A stretch of 64,000 nucleotides of DNA from Octopus bimaculoides (taxonomy: Eukaryota), in NCBI RefSeq assembly GCF_001194135.2, contig NC_068993.1, forward strand, positions 3,014,315 to 3,078,314. Reading direction: 5' to 3'. A program made the position numbers and the translations under genes. How positions within the stretch are numbered: position 1 is the first letter of the stretch; every line of letters begins with the position of its first letter. Shown here piece after piece: positions 25,727 through 38,395 of this stretch. The notes below the pieces were generated by a model. That model was not told the origin of the DNA. It was given only the letters and a program-made list of their open reading frames with translations, and made no database searches.

Positions 25727-26430
25727 TCAAAGAATGTACTTGTTTTGATGGTGACCTCCTGAAGTAAGTTCGTTTCTAAAATACAAGTAAAGAAGAGACA
25801 TCAATACAGAGAATTTTTCACAGGTGCAGAAGTAGCATGATCCAGATTTTCCAGAATATGGTTTTGTAAATTAGACCACTGACCTTTGTATCTTAAAGAT
25901 TGTGATAATTTCATCTTTTATTTTCCTGATCTTTCATGAAAGAGAGGTGGTGAACCTTTACTCCAATGCACAAAAGAGCAAGTGTGTTGTGTGTATCTTT
26001 TCTTAAAGGTATACTTCGTTGATCCTTTTATACGAATATTATACTGCTGTCAGATTCACATTAACGTCATATACCTTTTATTTGCTGGAACATTTGTCAT
26101 GAAGTGGATGTTAATTAATGCTGGCACAGTGGCATTGGACTGATTATTTTACTGAAGGTCGTTCTTGGTTTTGAAGTCTCTTAAAGCCAGAAATCATATT
26201 TCAAAACTTTCTCGTAGAACTGTATCTGAAATTCAAGTAGTTATTATGATTTTGTGATATATTGATGACACATTCAAAAATACTTCTATATGAGATTTAT
26301 GAAAGTTCCTTTGGTTTAGGATACTCCATCTAGGGTAAATGGTGCCTTTGTAGGGGCTGTTGCTACATATGTGTGATGTTTTATGTCTTTGGTTATACAC
26401 AATGGGGTATATTTTTTTGTACAATCACTC
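25727..26430 (-). pseudogene. Decayed Penelope-like element: RT C-terminus and GIY-YIG endonuclease
   Basis: Frames give GTFINLI*KYF, FRYSSTRKF*NMISG, QCHC...HPLHDKC...KVY, IKGSTKYTFKKRYTQHTCSF (cf. YIG.TE..FK.RY..H..SF) and YSGKSGSCYFCTCEK...RNELTSGGHHQNKYIL*, the typical PLE C-terminal order. Confidence 0.75.
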
Positions 26431-26570
26431 TCTTTTAAGCTGTGATTGTCATAAAGTAATGCATGATTAAAAGTTTCTTCATCAGATTAAATATTAGAAA
26501 CGCAGCTTCTAATCTAATTTACAAAATTCTTCATGATTACAACAAGCTGACTGAAGGAATGATTAATACA

Positions 26571-26654
26571 CAGTAATCATTTGCCATATTGCGGTTCACC
26601 TATCATGCCGTCATTATAGTAATCACTTGCCATATCATGGTTCACCTATCATGC
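26571..26654. repeat. 38-bp direct repeat at 46-bp period, resembling a pogo/Tigger-type terminal sequence (CAGTAATC...)
   Basis: CAGTAATCATTTGCCATATTGCGGTTCACCTATCATGC and TAGTAATCACTTGCCATATCATGGTTCACCTATCATGC. The TIR assignment is an inference, and no partner TIR was found. Confidence 0.5.
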
Positions 26655-27179
26655 ACTCAGTACATCGCAGATTTTTCTGGCTAATATATGTAAATTTATA
26701 TCATGGACCCCTTAGTACATCACGGGTTTCTGTGGCTGATAGGTATTTATATCTTTTAGATTTTAATTATTTCTGTGGTAAAATAAGCATTTTCACACTT
26801 AAAAATTAATAAAAATACTTAAAAGTCCAAAGACAGAAAAGAAATCACCAATGGTACGCATATACATACATATGTACATCCATACATAAATATGTTATTT
26901 TACGTACAACTAAACTGCTATAAGGTGCCATATATATTTGCAATGCATTTTCACAGATTTTGCACACAAAATAACACCACATCTAAAGCGCTCTTCTAGA
27001 ATGGTGTTTCTTAATTAGGTTAAACAAATATTCCAAATTATCATAAATCTTTCACTTTAACAAAAATGAATCCGGCAGCGTACATTTGCAGATTATTGTA
27101 CAAGCGTGTTGAATATTTTGCTAGTTAGGTGTTTATAGTTATGATGTAGCTGTGGAGATATATATGTGTGAGCATGTGC

Positions 27180-27215
<36 letters not shown>

Positions 27216-27649
27216 GTATTTACAGGTCCCTAAAGCAAATTACCAGTTAAGTATTAAAACTTCCCCTAGAATTAGAACAAAATATTAGAAAATATCTGAA
27301 AGTAAAATTTTTAAACAAAAAGATAGGAAATATTTCATGTTATTATCTATTGACTAAGAATTTAATCTTAAATTTCCCAAATGGAATTTCATAAAGAATT
27401 ATCCTATTTCTTATATTTTGCCTCATTCCATCAGAATTCTCTGATTGCCATTTCGTAATACAAAAACATACAAAATACATATACAATGAAAGAACTTCTT
27501 ATCCCAGAAGTCCTTCTTGTTTAAGTGTTGACAATAGTTCTCGTATTTTGCAAGCAAAACAAGGACATATGAAGGAATGAACTAACAGATAAATTTTAGT
27601 AAAGAATCCTTGAATAGCATAAATACTACATTTATCACCCAAGTGCATT

Positions 27650-28480
27650 GCAACCCTCATTGCTATTTCAAAGTAGGCTTTTCAGAGATAACTGGTTTGG
27701 ACGGGTTGGACAGGCTGGCCACACTGTATATTTCCTATTGTTGTCACAATCTTTGAGATTCTCTTTCACGGATCCACTCTACCAGCAGCACATATCATTT
27801 ATTCACCCCCCACCCCATCCAACATTCAACTGCACGATATATTAATACCAGAACATTTGTTAGTCGTGCACATAGCAGATCATAGCTTTGGCATCTGGTC
27901 ACCATCTTCCAATGCTAATGAATATGTAGAAGAAAGGAAGAAAGAAAGGCTAGTAACCTGGATATATCGAAAGCATTGGAATGTCTTGGACTATTTATAA
28001 GTAGGCAACAGGCTGCATACCTTGTAGTGTATTTTTTTTCTTTGAGAAGTAATTATAGACCACCAAATGCTTTGATTGCAGGTAACCTCCAAAATAGTTA
28101 TCAGTCAGAACAAAATCAAGTCTTTTACTAAGTCTGCTGGCCACATGGAAATTGGTGGTAGGAATGGAAAGGTGACCCTAAAAGAAGATGTAGCAGAGGT
28201 TCTGGAATCGTAGAAAACATAGCACAAAACCTAGTAATTATTACTGCAAGACAATAATTGTTTCATATCACAGATTTCAACATAGCTAAAGCTCTTCCCG
28301 ACAAACAAAAGCCATCAAGAATGGTTAAATTATAAAGATGCTATTCTTACTTCAACTGTGAAAGCAAAGCAGCCAAAGTTGGTAGGAATGTCTCTGGACT
28401 GCCAACGCTCAATCAAAGACTTGTATTCAGAACACCAAAAAGGTGGCAGTAAGTATAGAGTCATAAGATAAAGATGTTTG
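27650..28480 (+). pseudogene. Decayed RTE-clade LINE: AP-endonuclease domain and linker
   Basis: RDNWFGRVGQAGHTVYF (cf. SETR...G.L.E.GAGYTFF), TWIYRKHWNVLDY (cf. TW.HPRSKHWH.LDY), GAC-CAC (DH) motif near 28057, and QEWLNYKDAIL linker. Multiple stops and frameshifts. Confidence 0.55.
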
Positions 28481-28999
28481 TTGAGAGACACCTTCAAACC
28501 TCAACTGATTTTAACAACAGGTTTAGCTACTATGAAAATGTATTTGTCATTTTTGAGCTAAACATAATATTGCTTTCGGTGCAGATATCTTAGTTTCTGT
28601 GCAACAAGCAGTGTTGCATGTTTTCAACAAATTTTCGATAATCTTATTTGTAAAAACTTGCCTGCTTAGATGACGTCACCTTATGCAATGTTACCAATGA
28701 AGAATATAACAAATATACATTTAAATTCTTGAAACTTATTTGTAAATGTAACATAACACTGAATTATGATAGATGTAAATTTTCAACTCAGTTTATTTGC
28801 AATATTGGTTATCAAATTACTCCCAACAAATTTAATTCCTCTCCTTCTCACAGTTAACTCTATTTAAAGAATGCTTGTTGCTACTAATAAACAAGCTTTA
28901 CTTTATATAACAGGTCTGATCAATTATTATTTCTAATTATATGCTAATCAAAGAAAGACACAATGGGTAAAAGAAAAGTAGGTTAAATGAATATGGTGC

Positions 29000-31700
29000 T
29001 GTTTACTATTAAAGCAAAATGTTCTTAAACAAAATGGTAGGTCAGTAGCAGTTTGTTGTTGCCTACAAAACAACACAGAGAGAAATTATTGTATCATAAA
29101 GGAAGTGTCAAAATAAGGCACCTCATTGTCTTAAATTGTTTCTTCTAACAGATGATTGTAAATACATAACTCATACGTTTGTTACAAAACATTAGTTGGC
29201 ATGCGTTTTATTTCAAAATCTTGAGCTTTCCTGAATCCTTTAATACTGCTGCACCATCAATAAACATTGATGTAGAATGGTGGAATAGAATTTCACTCTA
29301 GCATCTCTTGTTGATCCCAGAAGAACCATGCCTTCAATGTGTATTTTTTTTTCAATTAGCAGCTTCTAAAATATGCCTTTCATTTGCTTCAGTGGAAAAC
29401 ATACTCTGTTATTTTCTTGAATAAACTATCATCCTTCCAAATGGATGTTATTTCTCCTGCACATTTTATTCTAAGAGAAAACAGGCTTCTTCACAAAAAC
29501 TAGTGGATCTTGCAGTTACGTATCACAAAACTTCATCATGAACAATTCTTTGGATGTTATTACTTCCATCAATTTGAACATTCAAGAAATCAGAGCCTCC
29601 CTCACTTATTTATATATATATGAAGGCATATTTATCTGATTTCATTGAAGAACCTACTGTTACATCGATATGGCAGTTAAACATGGAGATGAGATAGTTT
29701 CTGTGAGGAATAACATATCTGCTATCCACTCTATTATTGTCAATTTGCACAGAGCTATTTGGTCATCTTCTATGCATTGAATATCCATCAAAATTTGCTT
29801 AAGCATGCTTCTGAATTCCTTAGAGAAGTCTTTGCTACATTTATTATTCTCCATGCATGGCACATCATGATTTAGATTGCCAAGGGGAGCGTGAATCATG
29901 CATTTCTTAATGGTTTCCTCATGTGTTTACTCAGTGTATAGATTAGGGTATTTCTCTGCTCACGACTTTGACTACTTTACCTGGGTCATTAAATTTATTT
30001 ACTTCATCTAAAATTATGAGAATACAAGTATGAGGTAATCCTGGTTTCTGGAATTCGATAGGGTAGCAATATGACCTAGCATTTCCCCAAATATTATTGT
30101 CCAGTTTATTGCTCAATAAATACGTCAATTTTATCTTAAACACCCTTACTACAATATCTAGTCTGTCTGAAGGGAGCTTTCGAAATAAAAGATTATCTCT
30201 GATTTCAACTGAAGAAGGATTGAGTCATGCTAGCAAATAAATTTAGCTTTCCAAATTTTCTTATAATAGTCATAGCATCAAGGAAGCGTTTTCGCATGTT
30301 CCTTGGAGACCTTTAGAATATTTATGGCAAAATAAGTGTATGTCGTAACTAGCAACAGCAATTAAACGATTTGTAAGTCTTTGCAACTGTTAAGCTCTGA
30401 CATGGCGTCGTGAATATCTTACATAATTCAAATTATTTGTCTCAACTTGAAGATGAGAGTTGGCAAACCATTTTGGAAATGATTTTCTGTCCATGCAGAA
30501 AAGGATCAGAATCTTCTTTCCTTGTGGTTTGAACAAATTTATGTCATGACCTACTAAAAGGGGTCGATCAGTCTACGGTTGTTAATCAATTCAGGATTAT
30601 TGTTCATTCTCGGTTGCCATCCTGAGATCAAGATTTAAGATTAGCATATTTCAATTAATAAGAGGAGTTTATTGAATTAGATGAAAAAATGTAAGCCGCA
30701 TCCACAAAACGAAGTATTCACCATTAATATCACTAAAACCCATCTCCAGCAGAGAAATTATCATATTGGGATATTTTGAATGCCTTATTCACTCCTATCA
30801 TTGGAATATTTCCTGCATTCTCCTCTCAATTTATAAATGAAATCACAAGTGTTTACTCTGCTGCTCTGATCTAGAGTAGTCACAATTTGAAGAATATGTC
30901 TTTCATTATTCTAAGTCTAATTCTATAATTTAATCAGTGCCAATATCAGTGATAACCGTTTTGGAATCAACAAGCTGGATGCACATATTGCTTGTAGAAT
31001 GAAAGATTTATTTATGAATGTGATAACAATTTTACCCGTGACCTGATTCCTGAAATATCTGAACTCTCAGAGAAGCAGGCGAAAATGCCAGGTTATAAGA
31101 TCTAATACTGTCTTTGAAATCAAAGCACCTTCAGTTGCTTATTATATTGCAAATATTTGGTAGTGTTTCTCTTTGGTCAGGCAATGATTTCATATTTATT
31201 TCAACTGAACATCATTGAATTTAATATGGAAGGGATTCTCTTAGAAATGTTTGGTACTACAAGCGATATTCTTAGACTCACTTGAATAACAATAAATTTT
31301 CCTTTTCAAAAGTTTTGTTGGTTTTATTATTTCAAACTTTTGTGTTTCTGTTGTATTTGTATTTCTTGTCTTGTTTTGACGTTCTTCAATTTCAGGTGCA
31401 AATATGAAACCTGTATTTATCTTTACTAATTACACTTCTTTTATTCTTCTTCCTCAGCATTTTCATTTTACACCTTTTGAGGTTTTCTTCTTTCTTTTCC
31501 AAACCTTCATTTTGATTCTTTTTATGTTTCATTTTGTTTTCTTCTAGTTATTGGTATCAAAACTTTTTAAAGTTTCTTCTGTTTCCTGTTGTCTCTTTGC
31601 AGCATGTCTTCTTCTCTACACTTTATGTCGGAATTTCCCCTTTTCTACTTGTCTTCCTCATTTATCTGCCATTTGACAAATTTGCCTTTTCTCAGTAACT
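29000..31700 (-). mobile_element. Decayed Helitron RepHel fragment (N-terminal repeat, Zn-finger-like region, Rep domain; helicase not seen)
   Basis: In order: RRRHAAKRQQETEE; FKDSIRSYNLAF; KVETNNLNYVR; ILP..F..SPRNMRKRFLDAMTIIRKFGKLNLF; YPIEFQKPGLPHTCIL (cf. IEFQKRGLPHAHIL); SREIP; MIHAPLG..N..VPCMENNKCSKDFSKEF; DVTVGSSMKSDKYAFIY; DEVL*YVTAR; TLKAWF. Confidence 0.88.
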
Positions 31701-32699
31701 GGAAACTTGTTCGCCTGTTTGCCTTGCAATTAGCGGTTAAATAGTTGAAGACTTTACATCACATATCACAAGCTTTCATACTCTTTGACCAACTTCCTTT
31801 TCCCTATGCCGACCACCACCGCCTTCGCCCAGATCGTTCCTTTGTATGGTTGCAGTGAATAAGAGATGTGAAAAATGTGGTATAGGGTGTGAGGAATCTG
31901 GCCCAGAGAATGTCGGTTGGCAGGAGTTTCTTCATAAAAAGTCAAAACTAAGTTACGAATATTTACATTGAAGAGAATATGAAAGCAAACAGTAAGAATA
32001 TTTCTTTGAAAAAGTATAAGAACTATTGAAAATGAATAAACAAAAACTAGATGATATGTGTAAGGAGATATTAATTATAAACAGAGAAATTTTACGTCTG
32101 TTTATTAATTTTTGATCATAAACTTCATATAAACATAATGCAACAAGAACTGGAGAAAAATAACATCTAGATCATCTTTCTTGCTTGCTAAAAGTGAAAA
32201 CCAGCATTGAAGAGAATTTTGAGGTAAAGAGTGGTACTTTATGTTCTTTTTTTTTTAAAGAAAAACAGTAAAAAACCACAGAACTAAAATTACTTTTACT
32301 GAAGTAAACATTGACAATATCAGAAAAAAACAAAGAAAGAAAGAAACCTTACAAATGAACGTAAAGAGAAAGTAGACGATGTATGTAACGAGATACTACA
32401 TTTAAAAAATCAATTACTCCAACTTATTAACAAACAATAACTTCTGATTAACAACTTCTAATCATCAAATTAATAGCAAATAATATAGCAAGAACAAGTA
32501 TTTCGATGTTGATAGAGTTTTGTTATGAAAACTTTTTTTGTGCCAAATGATTTAATACAACAGCAGACATGATTTATTGCTCGGGATACAGTATATCGGA
32601 GGGGGTGGGCATGTGAAGGTAGACTCAACCTCGTCTTTATTCTTTTTTTCTGTCTCTCTTTCTCTTATTGATGGTGAATCATTCCATAAAATGGCATTC

Positions 32700-32960
32700 T
32701 CTTTATATTCTTTTCTACTCTAGGCACAAGGTCCAAAACTTTGGTGGGAGGTGGGGCCAGTCAATTACATCAACCCCAGTATGCAACTGGTACTTAATCT
32801 ATTGACCCTGAAAGGATGAAAGGCAAAGTTGACCCCAGTCTTCAACTGGTACTTATTTTATCAGCCCTGAAATGGCAAAAGGCAAAGTCAACCTTGACAG
32901 AATTTGAACTCAAAACATACAGATCCCAAAGTCATGCTGCTAAACATGCTGATGGTTCTG
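32700..32960 (-). mobile_element. tRNA-derived SINE (second family) with an internal 59-bp tandem duplication
   Basis: Units start at CCCCAGT 32774 and 32833. Tail TTCTTTTCTACTCTAGGCACAAGG and head ...GAATTTGAACTC...GGTTCTGCC. Confidence 0.75.
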
Positions 32961-34199
32961 CCAAAGAGGGAGAAATAAGAAAAGATGAGACACAAACCAA
33001 AAATGATGATGTAGGGTCAGAGTTTGACTAAGATATAGCAAAAAAAATAAAACCTTTTGGGTAGAGAAGGATTGTGTACGTAGCATTTAGAAAAATAATT
33101 GTATTTTGGATAGAAATGGTATTTTGAAAGAAAGTTTATCTAAATAGCATTTTTTCTAGTTGTTGCATTATTTTATATAAAGTTTATGATCAAAAATTGG
33201 TGAAGAAAAGGAAACATGAAAGATGGGAGTGATAGAGTAAAAAACCCCTGATTAGAGTTTTGGTGTTAAGACTGAAGATGTATTTTAGAAAACTAAGCAA
33301 GACTAACAACTTCTGATGAAATCTGGGAAAAATAATTGAACAAACCCAAATCTTTTGATGTCAAGATAAACTGAAATACAAGTCTGGTATCTAAAGAGAT
33401 TGGTGAGAGAAAGGAAATTCTTATAAATAAGATTGGATGGACGGGTGAATATTTACAAGTAAAATTCATATCAGTAAAACTCCAGAGCTTTCATTAACGA
33501 TTAATATTTACCTCTGATCAAGAAAAGTCTAACGAAGTTCTGCTTATCCCAGAAATAAACAAGATAAACATTTAATTCACATTTTTTTTTATTTTTAAGA
33601 AAAATTTTCGATAAGTGATGAAAAATGTTGAAATGTGGGAAGATTAGAAATCATAAAATTATTTTTTTTTGTATTTAGATGTATTTTAGACAAATCTTCA
33701 ATAGGAATTTAATAAAAATATGATTATCACCATCTTAGATATCTGCTTCTAACTCTAATATTAATTCTGAAATTACAGGACTTATTTATCCCAACATCAA
33801 GGAATAATTTTTATTTATTTAATTTTTTGTGATTAATCTATTCTTCTACCCAACACCTTTACCATGGACAACAGTGAAAATCAATTTAGCACAACTATGA
33901 ATGGGTGGTCACTTTGACCATCATTTCAACTATCTTTATTTCAGTGTTGTTGGTGAAATCCTTCTTCAAAACACTGGTTGTATCTGTCGCCACTAGAGCA
34001 AGGACATGTGTGACTAGCATCAACAGATAATTGCTTTCCTCAATTCTCATCTCAGTACACAACAGGAGGATCACATCCTCAGTCATAAGACTCTCACTGG
34101 AATTATCACAGGTCATTGGTAACTAATTGAGAAACATTGCTTAAGTGATCCATAAACAGTTCTTTCATATTTATTCAAACTATTAATAATATTACTTAA

Positions 34200-34500
34200 C
34201 TTGGCTTTTAAATGATGTGGTCCAGTTGCTAATTAACCTGAATTTTAACTAAGCTAATCTTGTCGTAAACTGGTTAGGTTTAGTTGCTAACCAAACAGGC
34301 TTTGCTGTTGTGTTCAGTCCAATTGCAAATTGACTTGGATTTGCTGCTAATTGGCCTAATCCTCTTACTGACTAATCTAGTCTTACTGTTAAATAATCGA
34401 GCTTATAACTGTTGCTAAGTGACTGGATCCTGTTGCTAATCGACTGGATCCAGTTGCTAACTGCCTGGATCCTGTTGCTAATTGACCTGCTCCAGCTACA
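34200..34500. repeat. 21-bp minisatellite (GTTGCTAATCGACTGGATCCT), decaying toward lower coordinates
   Basis: About four clear units at 34411-34495 and degenerate GTTGCTAA units upstream. Confidence 0.8.
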
Positions 34501-37491
34501 CACAGACCAGGCTGTTTAAATAAACTAATCCTACTAATAAAGGACCTGTGACTATCTTTCCTCATTCTACCTCCTCATACCTCTACCCAAATCCCTTCCC
34601 ACTCTCCTCTCCCTGTCCCTTCCTCCCACTTTCCCCCATTCTATATCATTTCCTTTCCTAGAAACCTCAGCACTGGCCACAATTTTTAACTTCTAAAGAA
34701 GGACAGGTGTTCAAAATACTGGCTTCTTCAATGCTCATAACAAATTAACTTGGGGATAGCTTTTATTAATGCAGATGCTGTCAACATGATCAGATTTTGG
34801 ATTTTATTTAATTCACCAAATTATTTTGAACATTTTTACATGAAATGCTTTTTGCCGCTTCATTCACTTTCGCCATTCACTGGTTTTCCAATTCCATCCA
34901 TTAATTTCTTTTTCTATACAAACATTTGTGTGGAGAAAAAGGAACAAATTATTGGAAAATGGCAAGACAGAGGATCTCTCTTTAATGATGTTAGGGTCAA
35001 TTTCTCTCCTGCCAGTGAACTAATGGACTTGACACAGATTAGAGAGAAGCTTTTATGTCCACCAAAGGGGGGTGGGGAAGAAGACTCGAGTTGGTAGCAA
35101 GATGAAATGTAGCCATAACGATCTGTAAAATGGTTGCTCATAGGAAGGACATCCATCATCGTGCTTTGGGAAAGATGTCAACAAACGGAATACACAAGTG
35201 AAATGTGGTCTGTGACCCCTCTAGGTATGAAATGACTTCAACCGAAATTGCCTCTGGGAGCATCAGGACACATCCACTACGGAAAAGTGAATGTAAGATG
35301 ATGATGATGCTGAAGATGGTGATGGTGGTGGTGGCGATTGTGATGGTATATGGTGGTGATGATGATGATGACGATGATGATGATGCTAATCAGGAAAATT
35401 CTTTTTCCTCAACTGTTGCTTTCTTGAAAAACATCCAGATGCTGGCAATAAATCCCCAACTCAAGGAATCGGTCTACAGCCGCCTGTAGCTGTAGATGTT
35501 AGAAGCATCTCATTAGAACATTCCTAATGACCTATAAGAGGTTAAAGGTCACCAAATTGACCAATTAATCAATCAAATGTTAATGGTGTTACATTGATCT
35601 TTCATTTAAACACATTTACAGTGAATATCATCAATACTTTAACAAGACTATTCATCATCATCATCTTTCACCATCACCAATCCCACATCAGCATCCTGAT
35701 CATAAAAATAATTGCTTTTAAACTTTTCATCATCTTCATCATCATCATCATCATCCACATAATCATCTTCATCTCTACCATCATCATCATCATCATCACT
35801 ATAACCATCATCACCACTACCATCATCATTACCCCTCTCCACCACCACCACCATCATCGTCATCATGGGCGAATCACAACCCTCGTTATCAGAATAATTA
35901 CCGTTCGTCATTTCCTTGTCATCCCACTGTAATAATCAATGTCATAGTTGTCAACTCTGTCGTTTGCATCAACACCTCCCCACCCTGTCCCCCACCACCA
36001 TATAATCATTATCAAATTTATTATCTCCGCCATATAAATCACCTTGACTGTCAATAGCCACTGACTTCTGGTCATCATCATCATCATCACCACCATCATT
36101 ATCAATGCCACATGAACACACACTCCTCCCCTTTCCACACACACACATGAACTGCTATGACAAACATGCGTACATACACAAATAATGTATCTCTCTCTCT
36201 CTCTCTCTTACTCTATTTGTGTCTGTGTTTAAATTTAGCTATATATGTCAAATCCTAATTGAAGGATTACTCAATACATTACTAAGAGTACAGCATTCAT
36301 TATGTTTACTGCTACATTTTCGCTTGCAAAATAATATGCATACACACACAGCTGGATGCCCTTCCTAATACCAACCACGTTGCAGAGTGTGCTGGGTGCT
36401 TTTTATATGCCACTGGCACAAGTGGGTTTATGCAGCACTGCCACTAGTGCATTTTAAGGGCACCAGCACCTGTAGAAGACTAGCCTGCATCTATGGAAGA
36501 CCGTGATTTTACTTAGCTTGACATGTCTTACAAAATGAATTACCTAAAACTAAAATGTCCTACCTATTATCCAAAGCAAAAGTTGTTACTTATTTCTCAA
36601 CATACCGTCCATGCTACCACCATAGTGAAAGCATGTTCAAGTCTTTCTACAACCGGCTAGATCTTCTTTTCCTGGTCCTGAATACTTTCAGAATAATACA
36701 TCTTAGGGAAAAATGCAACAACAGAACAAACTGTAAGCTACACCAACTTTATTGGCAGGTATTAATTCTGTCAATTGGTACCTCTGCTAACTTTATAAAA
36801 TCTAATTGACAATTAGTTAGTAAATAACCAGTTACTCTCAAACCATTCACACCTGAAAAGGCACCTTATATGATTGGAAGATTAGAAAAATTATGGTTCC
36901 ATATCTGGAATCTATTTAATAATTCCTCAAGGCATTAATATTGTGCAGAATTGCTGGCAATTCACAAGTAGGTCTCATGCTTTAACAATATAGAGTTAAA
37001 TGATGTAAAATGAAATTTTAGAAATAAACTGTGTGGTATAAATACCACTGTGATGGTGTTATTTATGAAGAATTTGGAAACGGAGAAATAACTGCTGGAA
37101 TCATTAAATTAAGGATAATATTCTGATAATATTATAATATTAGATATGTAACAGTGAAATTTCAATTTGTGCTGCTTTTCTTTTTTAAAGCTATTACCTA
37201 CTTAATATTTTATCTACTTATTTTGTTCTCATGTTATACATTTTTATTTTTGTAGAGACCTCCCCCAATAATAAGAATAACAAAAAAATATTGCCTTGAG
37301 CACAGAAAACATTACTATTCCATTAATGTCTTGACTATGATATACTAAAATATAAACTAGATTTGGATTTTTATTCCATTATGATGAGGTCGAAAACAAC
37401 AACAACAACAGCAGCTGCAGTAGCAATAAGGATAATAATAATACTGATGATGATGATACTGATGATGATGATGATGATGATGATAATAATA

Positions 37492-37860
37492 AATGCCCTG
37501 ATGCAGTACCAGGCAGTGGTTCTCATGGCTTCTGATCTTAATTGATTGGAAGTGTTATCATGTACATTGTTTTGTCTTGGTATAAAAGATGGGCTACAGT
37601 GAATATTCTGCTCAATACCACAGACTTACTTGTCAGTTGCTTGACCTTAACCAGTTGAGCATGTCCCTTGGTGGCTGACGATATGTGCATCTCTGATCAT
37701 TAGCAGAAGTAGTGGGGGGACATCATAACCATGTGTTGAGAGGAATTCTTTGGGGTTTGGATGATTCACATCTGGAAACATGGGTGTTTCGTTCAACGTC
37801 CTTAAAGAACCCTTATTCAGGGACAATTTGAGCAGGATAGGCTACTTAACCTGAAGAAAA
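37492..37860. mobile_element. Unclassified interspersed repeat abutting a (GAT)n/(TAA)n tract
   Basis: GC-richer non-coding block beginning ATGCCCTGATGCAGTACCAGG directly after the triplet tract. It resembles a common octopus repeat from memory, and only one copy is in this window. Confidence 0.4.
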
Positions 37861-38039
37861 TACAAAAATACAAGAAATACAAGAAAAAACAATAATACCC
37901 TGTTGTTGATGTTGAAATTCCAATGAAGGAACTTTGAAATAAACTGAATAACGACATACATACAAGTAACAGGATGCCAGGGGCGTACATTCTCAGGCAT
38001 GCAAAGTATGCGTTGCATGCTCTGTTATTTTTTTATCCA

Positions 38040-38300
38040 TATCGAAAAATTCGATAAAATAGTTACTTTTGTTTCCAAGAAACTCCGTCCAGGTGTTTGG
38101 GAAATATTCTGCCTCCCCTTCCCCCTCTCTCACTGATTCGTTCGTCTGATTTGAGAAGACCACGTGACACCCTCCCCTCTCTCTCTCTTTGTTGGTGTAG
38201 AATTGTTGTCAACCTCGTTCCACTTTCTGACCCCGAACCGAAGCAATCCCATAATTCCTGAGTTAGCCAGCCAAAATGGTGGAATAACCTGGCGGTAAGT
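38040..38300 (+). promoter_or_regulatory. Promoter-like CpG-rich segment with a possible non-coding first exon ending at 38294
   Basis: About 11 CpGs in ~290 bp against a CpG-poor background, CCACGTGAC (USF/E-box) at 38160-38168, YY1-like CCAAAATGGTGG at 38271-38282, and G|GTAAGT donor at 38295. Confidence 0.5.
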
Positions 38301-38395
38301 TTGAATTTTGTTTTTATCCGAAGCATCTGTTTGCACTATTATATTTTTGGAGTGTTCTGAAAACAAAAATATCATCTATATTATATGATACCACC

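Noticed and set aside
28288-28450. 163-nt open frame with AG and GTAAGT boundaries as a host exon
   Set aside because: It lies within collinear RTE endonuclease/linker homology and is better explained as a LINE fossil.
28500-29000. Helitron 3' terminus or helicase domain
   Set aside because: No GC hairpin plus CTRR and no PIF1 motifs were found by eye.
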